From an uncultured Gammaproteobacteria bacterium (lineage in GTDB: Bacteria > Patescibacteriota > Microgenomatia > UBA1406 > GWC2-37-13), in the NCBI GenBank assembly GCA_964504235.1, contig CAZDDM010000002.1, positions 1 to 52,765 of the forward strand: DNA of 52,765 bases. The letters run 5' to 3'. The first letter of the stretch is position 1; each line of letters opens with the position of its first letter. The notes under the pieces are model-generated. The model made no database searches. It worked only from the letters and a program-made list of their open reading frames with translations, and was not told the origin of the DNA. The position numbers were made by a program, and so were the translations under genes. Shown in pieces: positions 28,056-36,733 of this stretch.

Positions 28056-28901
28056 TTAGCGCGTGACGGGAAGCCCGGTAGGAAGTTCGTATGCAATACC
28101 GTTTACGACAATCCGGTGTGCATCACCTTCGAGCGGTGAAACATGAGGTGTGGCAGCAAGAATCTGATTTCTTCTGGACCATGACTTTGCAAATCCGGGA
28201 ATATGCCAGCCTTGGTGATAGTACGTAAAAGTAACCGGACGGATCTTCGGGTCAATCCCCGATTCCTCACATGAAGCGGCGATCATTCCCGGTGTGATCA
28301 GTCCTGCAGTGTCAAACGGCCGTTCCGTTTGTCCGTCAAAATGACTCGGCGCCGGATTCACGAATCGTCTTTCGACAATATTGTCTCCATCTGCCAGATA
28401 GGTATAACTCTTCTTAGCAGCTTTTTTTAATGCTTCATCAGTAAGTGCCAGCTCATCCTGTGTAAGGACAATATCCCCCCGGAAAAGCGGCATATGGGTG
28501 TCTCCGTCCAGATCAACCTCGCGGACATATTTCCCTGCCATCACTCGGGCAGGTCCTCCCTGAGGTCTCTGGAGACCGGCAACGTGCAGACCGTCATGCC
28601 AAGCTACCACAGTACCCAATGCTCTGTTTATATCTGGATCCTGACTGTCTGATGATTCTGTGCCGAACATAAGCGCTACTTCGTTCAGCGGCCACCTTAC
28701 GACACTCCAGCGGAGGCGGTCAAATTGCAGATCAGGAAGTTCAACAGGATATCCGAGTTCGTCATGCAACAACGCTGTCATTTGTTCAGGATCCATTTGG
28801 CCATACTCAACGGGAGACTCAGAAGGAAGGCAGTGGTCAAATACTTCCAGATCAGTAGTTTTCCCGAAATCATTTGCATGTCGTGCGAGATATTCACTCA
28901 T
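28056..28901 (-). CDS. hypothetical protein, compositionally atypical (GC-rich)
   Basis: 281-aa uninterrupted ORF. Sampled 60-nt lines are 50-60% GC, against about 37-40% in neighbouring genes. No signal peptide and no family recognised. Confidence 0.7.
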   Translation of the reverse strand: MSEYLARHANDFGKTTDLEVFDHCLPSESPVEYGQMDPEQMTALLHDELGYPVELPDLQFDRLRWSVVRWPLNEVALMFGTESSDSQDPDINRALGTVVAWHDGLHVAGLQRPQGGPARVMAGKYVREVDLDGDTHMPLFRGDIVLTQDELALTDEALKKAAKKSYTYLADGDNIVERRFVNPAPSHFDGQTERPFDTAGLITPGMIAASCEESGIDPKIRPVTFTYYHQGWHIPGFAKSWSRRNQILAATPHVSPLEGDAHRIVVNGIAYELPTGLPVTR

Positions 28902-28910
28902 ATTGGCTGC

Positions 28911-28939
28911 ATTATAATGTTCATTATAAGAAATAGCAA
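28911..28939 (-). promoter_or_regulatory. sigma70-type promoter for the GC-rich orphan gene
   Basis: On the minus strand: TTGCTA (28939-28934), 17-nt spacer, TATAAT (28916-28911). The ATG at 28901 is only 9 nt past the -10, implying a near-leaderless mRNA. Confidence 0.4.
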
Positions 28940-29028
28940 CGATCAGGCGTTTTTTTTACGCATTTGATAAGTCAAAACCTCCTGTGGTTGTACAGTTAAA
29001 TTGGAAAGACATAATGCGGTTGGTTATA

Positions 29029-29976
29029 TCATTCTTTCTCGGTAGGTATCTTCTTTTTAAAACTAATGAGAATAATCGATGTCACCAAAATGATGATCCC
29101 GATTATATTTGCCAAACTCAGTTGCTGCGGTGCGCCGTACGGGTTAAGCGGAGTTACTGCAATCAGGATACTTACGACGGGAAACATCAGCTCGGCAATC
29201 GTTGAAATTTTTGCTTCAGTCGCCTGAAGTCCTTTGTAATACAGATACACCGCAAATGCTCCACCCGTCAGTCCTGCGATTACAATAAATCTCCAGATTT
29301 GATCGTAATTGAGGTTCATAACATTGTATGTTTCTCCCAGGAAAAGCGAAAAGATGTATGCTACCGGTACGGCAAGCAGGAACCGAAGTGCAGATACCGC
29401 AGGATACGGCAGTTTATTAAGGGAGTGTTTGCTGAGGACTGTCCCCGACCCCCATGCAGCAGCAGCCCCTATTGCCAAAAGGAAAACGAGTTCTTTCCCG
29501 ATAAACTGCAGTTTTACGGGTTCAAATCCGAAACTGATCAGGTAACTTCCGAACAATGCACACGCGGCAAGCGCAATAAACCGTGATGAAATTTTCTCTT
29601 TTAAAAAAATTGCGGAAAACACAATGACAAAAATCGGCTGAAGTTTTTGCAACAGAATCGGAGTTACAAAGTCAAATTCAGCAAAACTTTTTGCAAGAGC
29701 CTCCGTGAAAAGAATGGTTCCTGCAACGCTGCTGACTACGGTCATCATGAGAAGTATCCCCCACTCTTTCGTCTTCAGCGATTTTATTTTACTTAGATAT
29801 CGGAAAAAGAATGGACTCAAAAATAGGAAACCGATCGCATGTTCGATCATGACGATGCTTGCAGGAGGGATAGTAAAGGTAAGCTGAGTACGGAATATCG
29901 CATCTATTGCCCAGAGTGATGCGGCAATCATGATAAATACGGGCGCGATTCGGGATTGAGACATAAGAATGTTCAA
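29029..29976 (-). CDS. EamA/DMT-family transporter
   Basis: 315 aa, 10 TM, duplicated EamA-like halves. The track start is TTG at 29976; an alternative ATG is at 29964. Confidence 0.85.
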   Translation of the reverse strand: MNILMSQSRIAPVFIMIAASLWAIDAIFRTQLTFTIPPASIVMIEHAIGFLFLSPFFFRYLSKIKSLKTKEWGILLMMTVVSSVAGTILFTEALAKSFAEFDFVTPILLQKLQPIFVIVFSAIFLKEKISSRFIALAACALFGSYLISFGFEPVKLQFIGKELVFLLAIGAAAAWGSGTVLSKHSLNKLPYPAVSALRFLLAVPVAYIFSLFLGETYNVMNLNYDQIWRFIVIAGLTGGAFAVYLYYKGLQATEAKISTIAELMFPVVSILIAVTPLNPYGAPQQLSLANIIGIIILVTSIILISFKKKIPTEKE

Positions 29977-30341
29977 TGAAATTTAATAATGAAGTCCGAT
30001 CAGGAGATTTTCCACAAAAGAAGATACTACATAATCTCCAGCCATGGCATGGAGAATGAATAGTTGCCTTCTTTCATCCCGATTGTAATCGGGATTGTCA
30101 CTTTCGTGACATCCGGACTGTACCGTCGGCTCCGGAGTTGTCATAAACTCACCGGATCCTGCGTTGATCCGCCGTCTGGCGGGTCTCGGCTCGTGGGCTG
30201 TACCACCGATTGGGAATTGTCTGATTGAAATCGGACTCACCCTACCCTGAAGGAACATCATTAGTATACAGGATAATTGCTCATATAGGATCAACATATC
30301 TTGTTTTTGTGTTTAGGTTTCTGTACTATATGTATATCCTT

Positions 30342-31751
30342 ATGAGGAAACTTCATCTTAACTACAATGTTTACGGTGCCTTCTTTGTGGTGGTAATTAT
30401 GGGACTTTCAGCAGTTACGTACCTCACGACGGCCAGTAATCGTGAATCACATACCGTCCAATCACAGGCTGCGGGAACGTGCGGCGCAAACTGTGACAAT
30501 AAAAGCGTGTGGGTCAGTGATTGTTTGCGATATAACGGCAGTGACAAAACGGCACAGTGCAATGACTGGTTCAATGCTGAATGTTCCGCGTGTGGAAATT
30601 CCGTCCCTACCACGGCCCCGGATACCGGAGGAGGGAATGATACAGGAGACAACACAGTACCGTTTGATCCAACTGCCACAGCAAATGATCCAGCCGTCCA
30701 AAATCTGTGCGGGGCAAATCCAAACGATCCGCGTTGCTGCAGAATCAATGAGTGGAAAAATGCCAATCTCGGGACGAATTTCAGAGAATGTTCGGGAGGA
30801 ACAGGAGATAACAATAATCCGACTGTCACACCGATTCTTATGCCGGGAGGCACAGGGAGCTGCAATAACGGTCAGATTCCGAACGGCAGCTGGGCCTGTT
30901 TCAGTACGACAAAAGTCGTGCAGTGTGTAAACGGCAGCTATCAGAATGAAACTAACTGTACGAGTTGTCGCGGTATCAGTGCAAATAAAAGCAGTATTTG
31001 TACGGGCAGTTCGCCGATCCCGGATCAGTGTGACAGTCCGGAGATTTGGTGTGCCTCTTTAAACAAATGTACCGGCAGAACAAGCTGCCCTACTCCTACT
31101 CCCCGCCCCGGTGAGTGTGACAGTCCCGAAATCTGGTGTTCGTCCTTAAACAAATGCACAGGAAGAACTAGTTGTCCTACTCCTACTCCTCGCCCCGGTG
31201 AGTGTAACAGCCCTGAAATATGGTGCTCGTCTTTAAATAAGTGTACAGGAAGAACTAACTGTCCGACCCCAACCCCACCTTCAGGTCAGTGTAATAGCCC
31301 GGAGATATGGTGTGCAGGTCTCAATAAGTGCACGAGCAGGACGGGTTGTACAACTCCCACTCCCGCGTCAGGACAATGTACAAGTCCTGAGATCTGGTGT
31401 GCAGCACTCAATAAATGTACTGGTCGTACCGGATGTCCTACCCCGACAGTTGTTCAGACCGCAAACCCGGATGCCTGCGGACAACCGGGAGCACAATGTT
31501 GCAGTACGGCTTTCGGAGGATCTGCCTGTACGACAAACGGATATGAGTGTATTGCCGGGAAATGCAGGGTCGGTTATGCAGGTTTTGATGATTCAAGTGT
31601 TACTCAGGTACAGACTAAGCTGCTTGAATGTACCACCGGTGTATCATCTGTACAATGCAGTAATCCGGAAATCATAACCGTCAATCAGGAGTTAATATTT
31701 AACGGATGCTTTGCATTGCCCAACAATCAAGGCTTCATGTGCGCTGAATAA
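30342..31751 (+). CDS. secreted/anchored cysteine-rich repeat protein
   Basis: Start placed at MRKLHLNYNVYGAFFVVVIMGLSAV (signal anchor). About 50 Cys. Five tandem 29-aa modules C-x6-C-x5-C-x5-C joined by PTPTP linkers. Confidence 0.8.
   Translation: MRKLHLNYNVYGAFFVVVIMGLSAVTYLTTASNRESHTVQSQAAGTCGANCDNKSVWVSDCLRYNGSDKTAQCNDWFNAECSACGNSVPTTAPDTGGGNDTGDNTVPFDPTATANDPAVQNLCGANPNDPRCCRINEWKNANLGTNFRECSGGTGDNNNPTVTPILMPGGTGSCNNGQIPNGSWACFSTTKVVQCVNGSYQNETNCTSCRGISANKSSICTGSSPIPDQCDSPEIWCASLNKCTGRTSCPTPTPRPGECDSPEIWCSSLNKCTGRTSCPTPTPRPGECNSPEIWCSSLNKCTGRTNCPTPTPPSGQCNSPEIWCAGLNKCTSRTGCTTPTPASGQCTSPEIWCAALNKCTGRTGCPTPTVVQTANPDACGQPGAQCCSTAFGGSACTTNGYECIAGKCRVGYAGFDDSSVTQVQTKLLECTTGVSSVQCSNPEIITVNQELIFNGCFALPNNQGFMCAE
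31029..31463 (+). repeat. 5 x 87-nt in-frame tandem repeat (CxSPEIWCxxLNKCTGRTxCPTPTPxxGx)
   Basis: Repeat units start at 31029, 31116, 31203, 31290 and 31377. The copies differ mainly at synonymous positions. Confidence 0.85.
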
Positions 31752-31754
31752 CGT

Positions 31755-32159
31755 ATGAACAAACTCAAATTAAAACACAGAATATTTACGTTTATCGCTA
31801 TTGCGATTGCATTAGGTCTGACTACGACAGTCTCTCCCCGGCTTTTTATTGCAGATTCTCCCGAAGTAAACACACAATTCATTGCTGAGCTTCGTGATAT
31901 TCCGGCAGACACCATTGCCTTTATTCAGAATATCGGAGCAAGCCCTGCCGAACGGGAAATCGCGGAACTTGAAAGAAAATCAATTCCCGGTACTCCGGTC
32001 GATGCTGAGTTCCAAGCTATTGCTCCCGGAGTTCATGCTGCCGAGTCTCCGCAGGAGGGGGCCTCCTATATCAAAGTGGACGCAGGTACAAAACTTGAGG
32101 TGCGGACGGTCACTCTCGATGACGGACGTCGTGTCAAAGTTTATATCCCGGTTCAGTAA
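31755..32159 (+). CDS. hypothetical secreted protein
   Basis: 134 aa with an N-terminal signal-like helix. Starts 3 nt after the stop of the Cys-rich gene. Confidence 0.65.
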   Translation: MNKLKLKHRIFTFIAIAIALGLTTTVSPRLFIADSPEVNTQFIAELRDIPADTIAFIQNIGASPAEREIAELERKSIPGTPVDAEFQAIAPGVHAAESPQEGASYIKVDAGTKLEVRTVTLDDGRRVKVYIPVQ

Positions 32160-32194
32160 TTTGTCCTTTCTTCCTTCAGCGGCTATAATACGGT

Positions 32195-32977
32195 ATGAAA
32201 TACAAAATGCTCGCGCTGGACATTGATGATACTATTGTGACCGAGGCCGGTATGGAAGTATCACCTACTGTTTATGACGCTCTTCAGAAAGCATCTGAAA
32301 AAGTGACAATCACCTTTGTCACCGCACGTGCTATTAACCGCTTTCAACAGTTTCTTGAAACACTCAATCTCCCAAACGGGTATCACGTGGTGGAAAACGG
32401 AGCAAAAGTTCTTGATCCCCAGGGCAATCTGGAATTTGACCTTTCTCTCCCCCATGATGAAGTTGAAGAGATAATCAATGCGGCAGAACCTTATTACATG
32501 GAGATGGGATTTCTAGTTGATGAGTATTGGAAAGATGACGTTTTGACAATCGGACCGGAAAATACCGTTACGGGAGTATCCTTTACCTGCTCATCCGAAA
32601 CTCAGGCACAGCTGTTGGAAGAAGCCGTGAACCAGCTTTCACATGATTATGCATTGTACATCGGCAAACACTGGACCAATCCTGATGAGTGGAAAGGAAT
32701 TCTCGTGTTTCATAAAGATGCTACGAAAGGGAACGGCATGCGGTATATTCAGAAAAAATTAGGTATTACACCTGCAGAAACAATAGCAGTCGGTGACGGA
32801 GCTACTGATATCCATATGTTTGATGCTGCAGGCGTCAAGGTCGCAATGGGAAACGCAGTGCCAGAGCTTATCAATGCGGCGGATTTTGTCGCTCCTGACG
32901 TACGGGAGGAAGGCATTATTGAAGTCCTGAATTCATTTATTTTTACTGACACTCCCAAAAAAAAGCGCTCCGTATAA
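32195..32977 (+). CDS. Cof-type HAD-IIB phosphatase
   Basis: 'LALDIDDTIV' and 'GDGATDIHMF'. Confidence 0.85.
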   Translation: MKYKMLALDIDDTIVTEAGMEVSPTVYDALQKASEKVTITFVTARAINRFQQFLETLNLPNGYHVVENGAKVLDPQGNLEFDLSLPHDEVEEIINAAEPYYMEMGFLVDEYWKDDVLTIGPENTVTGVSFTCSSETQAQLLEEAVNQLSHDYALYIGKHWTNPDEWKGILVFHKDATKGNGMRYIQKKLGITPAETIAVGDGATDIHMFDAAGVKVAMGNAVPELINAADFVAPDVREEGIIEVLNSFIFTDTPKKKRSV

Positions 32978-32989
32978 GAGCGCTTTTTA
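32961..32989. terminator. bidirectional intrinsic terminator
   Basis: AAAAGCGCTC-cgtataa-GAGCGCTTTT, A-run on the left and T-run on the right. Lies between convergent genes and overlaps the stop codon at 32975-32977. Confidence 0.75.
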
Positions 32990-33005
32990 TATGTTTATGG
33001 TCTAC

Positions 33006-33653
33006 TTAAGGCATCAGTGCATCAGTCACAAGCTGAGCGATCATAGAAATCTGCTGTTGTGCCCTGATTTGATTTGCGTATGACTGTTCATAGTCACCGT
33101 TTGCATATGACTCAATAACTCCGCGCATCAGATTCACATGCTGCCTCAGGACATCATCTACCGTTTCCCGCGGAAGATTGGTTTCTTCAGCGATCAGCTC
33201 TGATGCCTGGATAATATTACGGTGAATTCCGACTAAAGCTTCACTTTGCATCATCTCATCGTTCTCTCTCAGACCTTGGGTATATCGGACAAACTGATTC
33301 ATCGTTTCGGTCCAATATGAATTAAAAACATCCTGAGTCTGCGAACCGAACTGTGCAGCGATAAGTTCAGATATTTGCTGACTATTTGTCATAACTGCCT
33401 GAATGGATGCATTCTGTTCAGGACTTGCCGAATATTGATTTCTCATTCCTTCAGCCAAAAGATCTGTATTCTGAACATGAAGGGATATCATCTCCACAAG
33501 TACATCGCTTTTGTTCATGGATCCCTCCGTAACTTCCCCCTGAGTAATTGACGGAACTGGTGTAACTGCGGATTGCGCACGGGTTGTTTGCGCATTAAAA
33601 ACAAGTGCGAAGACAAAAGCAATCGCGGAGATTGCATACGTTAGATTTTTCAT
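33006..33653 (-). CDS. hypothetical secreted helical protein
   Basis: Start placed at MKNLTYAISAIAFVFALVFNAQTTRAQS (signal peptide). 215 aa. Confidence 0.7.
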   Translation of the reverse strand: MKNLTYAISAIAFVFALVFNAQTTRAQSAVTPVPSITQGEVTEGSMNKSDVLVEMISLHVQNTDLLAEGMRNQYSASPEQNASIQAVMTNSQQISELIAAQFGSQTQDVFNSYWTETMNQFVRYTQGLRENDEMMQSEALVGIHRNIIQASELIAEETNLPRETVDDVLRQHVNLMRGVIESYANGDYEQSYANQIRAQQQISMIAQLVTDALMP

Positions 33654-33877
33654 ATACGGTGCTCCTTTCGGGTAATAAATGGATAACGACTTTATCATAA
33701 CCGAGTTTTGAAAGTATCAGTGAAGTATGGTGTAAGATGAACGTAAAAAAACAGGTAAGCGTGATTCGACTCAAGAGCATCAGAATATGGGAGTAATACT
33801 ACTCTCTTTTTACGTACCGCACTTTCATGAATTCTTATTTCGTATTATAATTATTCTTCAATCAATTCTTCATCGTT

Positions 33878-34930
33878 ATGATACTAAAGAAATTTTATTC
33901 ACTTCACCAAACAACATTAGCCTTACATATTCAGGAGTTTCTAGATGACGTAATAAAAACGTATCCTATGAAAATTGGTAGGGAGGGCCTGGAATGGCTG
34001 AAGGAATCCGTAACTGAAGGGAAAATGATTCGCGGGATGCTCGTGTTAATAGGGGCACATGTGCACGGTCTTCAAATAGAAAAACAGATGTATACAGTCG
34101 CTGCCTCAATCGAGCTTATTCACACGGCATTTCTCATTCATGATGACATAATCGACAATGATTACCGGAGACGCGGTCAGGACTCTCTCTATTATCGGTA
34201 CATCAAAGAGGGCTATACGCGCAACGTGGCTGATCCTGAAAAGTACGGCATGTCTATGGCGATGTGTCTTGGAGATATGATATTTTTTCTTGCACATGAC
34301 CTTATTTCCCGAAACATTCACGATCCATTGCTATTGTCTCAGCTTGTCAGACTTATATCGGAAGAGACTCAGCATATCGGCCCCGCTCAGATGATGGATA
34401 CTTCATTTGCATTCAATTCCGATGAACCTGGTGAAGAAGAAATAGAACAAGTCTATACATACAAAACTGCACACTATACTTTTTCTCTTCCGCTCATGCT
34501 GGGTTCTGCATTCTCAGTACAACCGGATTTTCAAATATTGAAAAACATCGGATATGAGATGGGAATCATATTTCAGTTGCGTGATGACGAATTGGGTATT
34601 TTTGGGTCATCGGAACAGATAGGTAAACCTATTGGGGCAGATATACGTGAAAATAAAAAAACATATATCCGTCATCTTCTCGTTTCATCAGCAACTGTTA
34701 CGGATCAGAATAAACTGAAGCGTATTTTCGGTAATCCAGATCTTACTTCAGATGATATTGCCTGCGTCCGACAGATGATTGATACGTACAATATCAGACG
34801 TCAAGTCAATGCAAAAGTGGCGGATCATCAAAAAAGACTTTCATTTCTTTTTAAAGAGTTGCGGAAGGCAGGAAAGGAAACAACACTTCTTGAAGAGTTG
34901 TCAGAGTATATCGCTACAAGAGAATCCTGA
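33878..34930 (+). CDS. polyprenyl diphosphate synthase (trans-IPPS)
   Basis: 'FLIHDDIIDND' (FARM) and 'FQLRDDELG' (SARM). Confidence 0.9.
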   Translation: MILKKFYSLHQTTLALHIQEFLDDVIKTYPMKIGREGLEWLKESVTEGKMIRGMLVLIGAHVHGLQIEKQMYTVAASIELIHTAFLIHDDIIDNDYRRRGQDSLYYRYIKEGYTRNVADPEKYGMSMAMCLGDMIFFLAHDLISRNIHDPLLLSQLVRLISEETQHIGPAQMMDTSFAFNSDEPGEEEIEQVYTYKTAHYTFSLPLMLGSAFSVQPDFQILKNIGYEMGIIFQLRDDELGIFGSSEQIGKPIGADIRENKKTYIRHLLVSSATVTDQNKLKRIFGNPDLTSDDIACVRQMIDTYNIRRQVNAKVADHQKRLSFLFKELRKAGKETTLLEELSEYIATRES

Positions 34931-34931
34931 T

Positions 34932-35738
34932 TTATAGCTCAAAATCGGCGGTAATTTTCTTGTCTAATCGTTCTTTGATATGAGCTTTTACTTCGATATA
35001 TTTTTCGATACCTGAGTTTTTGAGCTTACTTCTTAAGAGCTGGTCAGTCTGGAAGATACCCGCAGAGCTGTTCATGTAAATATCAACAACAATCGGTCTG
35101 TCCGTTCCTTCACTGACCGTGACTTTATCAATTGCCATAGCCGAAACTGAGTGAATTTCCATGCGGCCCGCTTCGAATGGAATACGTGATCGTCCCTCAC
35201 TCATATCGAGTGCATCTGCGACTCTGAGAATTCCTCCTTCGATCGTGGACGGCTTTCCTCCGCTTCTATGATTGATGATGGCATGCAGTGTTTCTGCAAT
35301 GACGATTGTCTTTTCATCAACAGGGAGAAAGTCGATCAGTTCTCTCAGCAGAGTATGCGTCATAAAAAGACTGAATTCTTCATGTCCTTCACGACTGGCG
35401 GACATGCCGATATCATGTAGCAAACTGCCTAAAAGTACCACTAATTCTGCATGATCCTGGGTAAGTTTGAAATCTTTCACTATAGAAGGTTCGATACCTT
35501 TTTTTGTCAGTATGCGAAGCAGCCGAAGCGACAGATTGGAGACGATCTGGAAATGAACAGGTCCGTGATCCGTCATCCCCAAACGGTCAATTGCGTTGGT
35601 ATTGATGACATTCCAGAGCGTTCTGATTTCGATATTGGAATTTACCATATCGAGTGCTTTTTCTAAAAGCTTATTGTTTTTTGTCGGGACATGTATAGAA
35701 ATACTGTCCGGCGACGGTTTTTGCGTTACCGTTTTCAT
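34932..35738 (-). CDS. HD-domain phosphohydrolase
   Basis: 'HGPVHF...LLHDIGM' HD motif. 268 aa. Confidence 0.8.
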   Translation of the reverse strand: MKTVTQKPSPDSISIHVPTKNNKLLEKALDMVNSNIEIRTLWNVINTNAIDRLGMTDHGPVHFQIVSNLSLRLLRILTKKGIEPSIVKDFKLTQDHAELVVLLGSLLHDIGMSASREGHEEFSLFMTHTLLRELIDFLPVDEKTIVIAETLHAIINHRSGGKPSTIEGGILRVADALDMSEGRSRIPFEAGRMEIHSVSAMAIDKVTVSEGTDRPIVVDIYMNSSAGIFQTDQLLRSKLKNSGIEKYIEVKAHIKERLDKKITADFEL

Positions 35739-35764
35739 AATAAATAATATGTTAATAATTCAAG

Positions 35765-35905
35765 TTACGGTTCTATTACTGTGGTTGGAGTTGCGGAATT
35801 TGCGTCCGCTTGTTCTGTGGCCTTGTACTGGATGTACAAATAAAGAGTAAGCAGGAAGATAATAAGTACGATGATCGTAATAACTATACTAGTGAGTATC
35901 TTCAT
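35765..35905 (-). CDS. hypothetical small membrane protein (46 aa)
   Basis: Hand-translated: MKILTSIVITIIVLIIFLLTLYLYIQYKATEQADANSATPTTVIEP. Lies just upstream of the HD gene. Confidence 0.3.
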   Translation of the reverse strand: MKILTSIVITIIVLIIFLLTLYLYIQYKATEQADANSATPTTVIEP

Positions 35906-35991
35906 GTAGTGATATTATATCACTCACGATTTTCTTAATCAATAAAACTATCTAATACTAGATCAATCCAGTAGTCAGATAGCTTCAGGGA

Positions 35992-36288
35992 TTAATAGTT
36001 TCTTCTTTTGAAAGAACCGCGATCATTACTTCGTTCTTCGCGCGGTCTTGCAATAGTGACGACTATTTTTCTTCCGTCAATTTCTTTTTCATTCATTTCT
36101 TCAATAGCTCTTTGTGCTGATGCATCATCTGCGAATGTGACAAATCCGAAACCTTTTGATCGGTTGGTCTGTCTGTCCATGATAATGATAGCTTCAGAGA
36201 TTTCTCCGAACTGTGAAAATAATTCGTTCAGTGACGAATCATTCATTGACCAAGGTAAATTCCCTACGTATATTTTATTTTGCTGCAT
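35992..36288 (-). CDS. RRM-type RNA-binding protein
   Basis: RNP2 'IYVGNL' and RNP1 'KGFGFVTF'. Confidence 0.9.
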   Translation of the reverse strand: MQQNKIYVGNLPWSMNDSSLNELFSQFGEISEAIIIMDRQTNRSKGFGFVTFADDASAQRAIEEMNEKEIDGRKIVVTIARPREERSNDRGSFKRRNY

Positions 36289-36316
36289 GTGTGTATCACC
36301 GTCCTTTCTAAGTGCT

Positions 36317-36616
36317 TTAACGTCTATTTCTTCGTTGATAATGTGAAAAAAAAGTATGACCTTTTCGGTCTACTGAATGGATTTCCGTAACTCTAATTCT
36401 GCTTCCGTCAACTAGTCTGTTATTCAGAGTTGCTATAGCATTCTCTGCTATCTTGTCTGATGACATTGTAATATATGCCGTGTTATTATTTTGTTTAAAT
36501 CCGATTTTTCTCGTCAGCTCAACAGAGATCACTTCACCTACTGTTGAAAAGAGCGTTTTGAGATTTTCTTCGGTTGTATCTGCTGAGATTCTTCCGACGT
36601 ATACGATATTTGACAT
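36317..36616 (-). CDS. RRM-like RNA-binding protein (degenerate RNP1)
   Basis: 'IVYVGRI' is RNP2-like. RNP1 is replaced by 'NNTAYITM'. Same length and layout as the neighbouring RRM gene. Confidence 0.7.
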   Translation of the reverse strand: MSNIVYVGRISADTTEENLKTLFSTVGEVISVELTRKIGFKQNNNTAYITMSSDKIAENAIATLNNRLVDGSRIRVTEIHSVDRKGHTFFSHYQRRNRR

Positions 36617-36733
36617 GAATTAATGTTCTTAAGAGGAGAAATGGAAGTGCGAGAAATAATGTCTTTAGCTTACAAGTTCATCCAAGATAAGGATAGTATA
36701 TCAGTTTTTTTGCCAAATAGCAAAAAAACACTT

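Noticed and set aside
30225-30341. The N-terminal extension of the Cys-rich protein ORF (MKSDSPYPEG...).
   Set aside because: The signal-anchor sequence begins at Met 30342, and a promoter-like TTGTTT-N17-TACTAT lies inside the extension.
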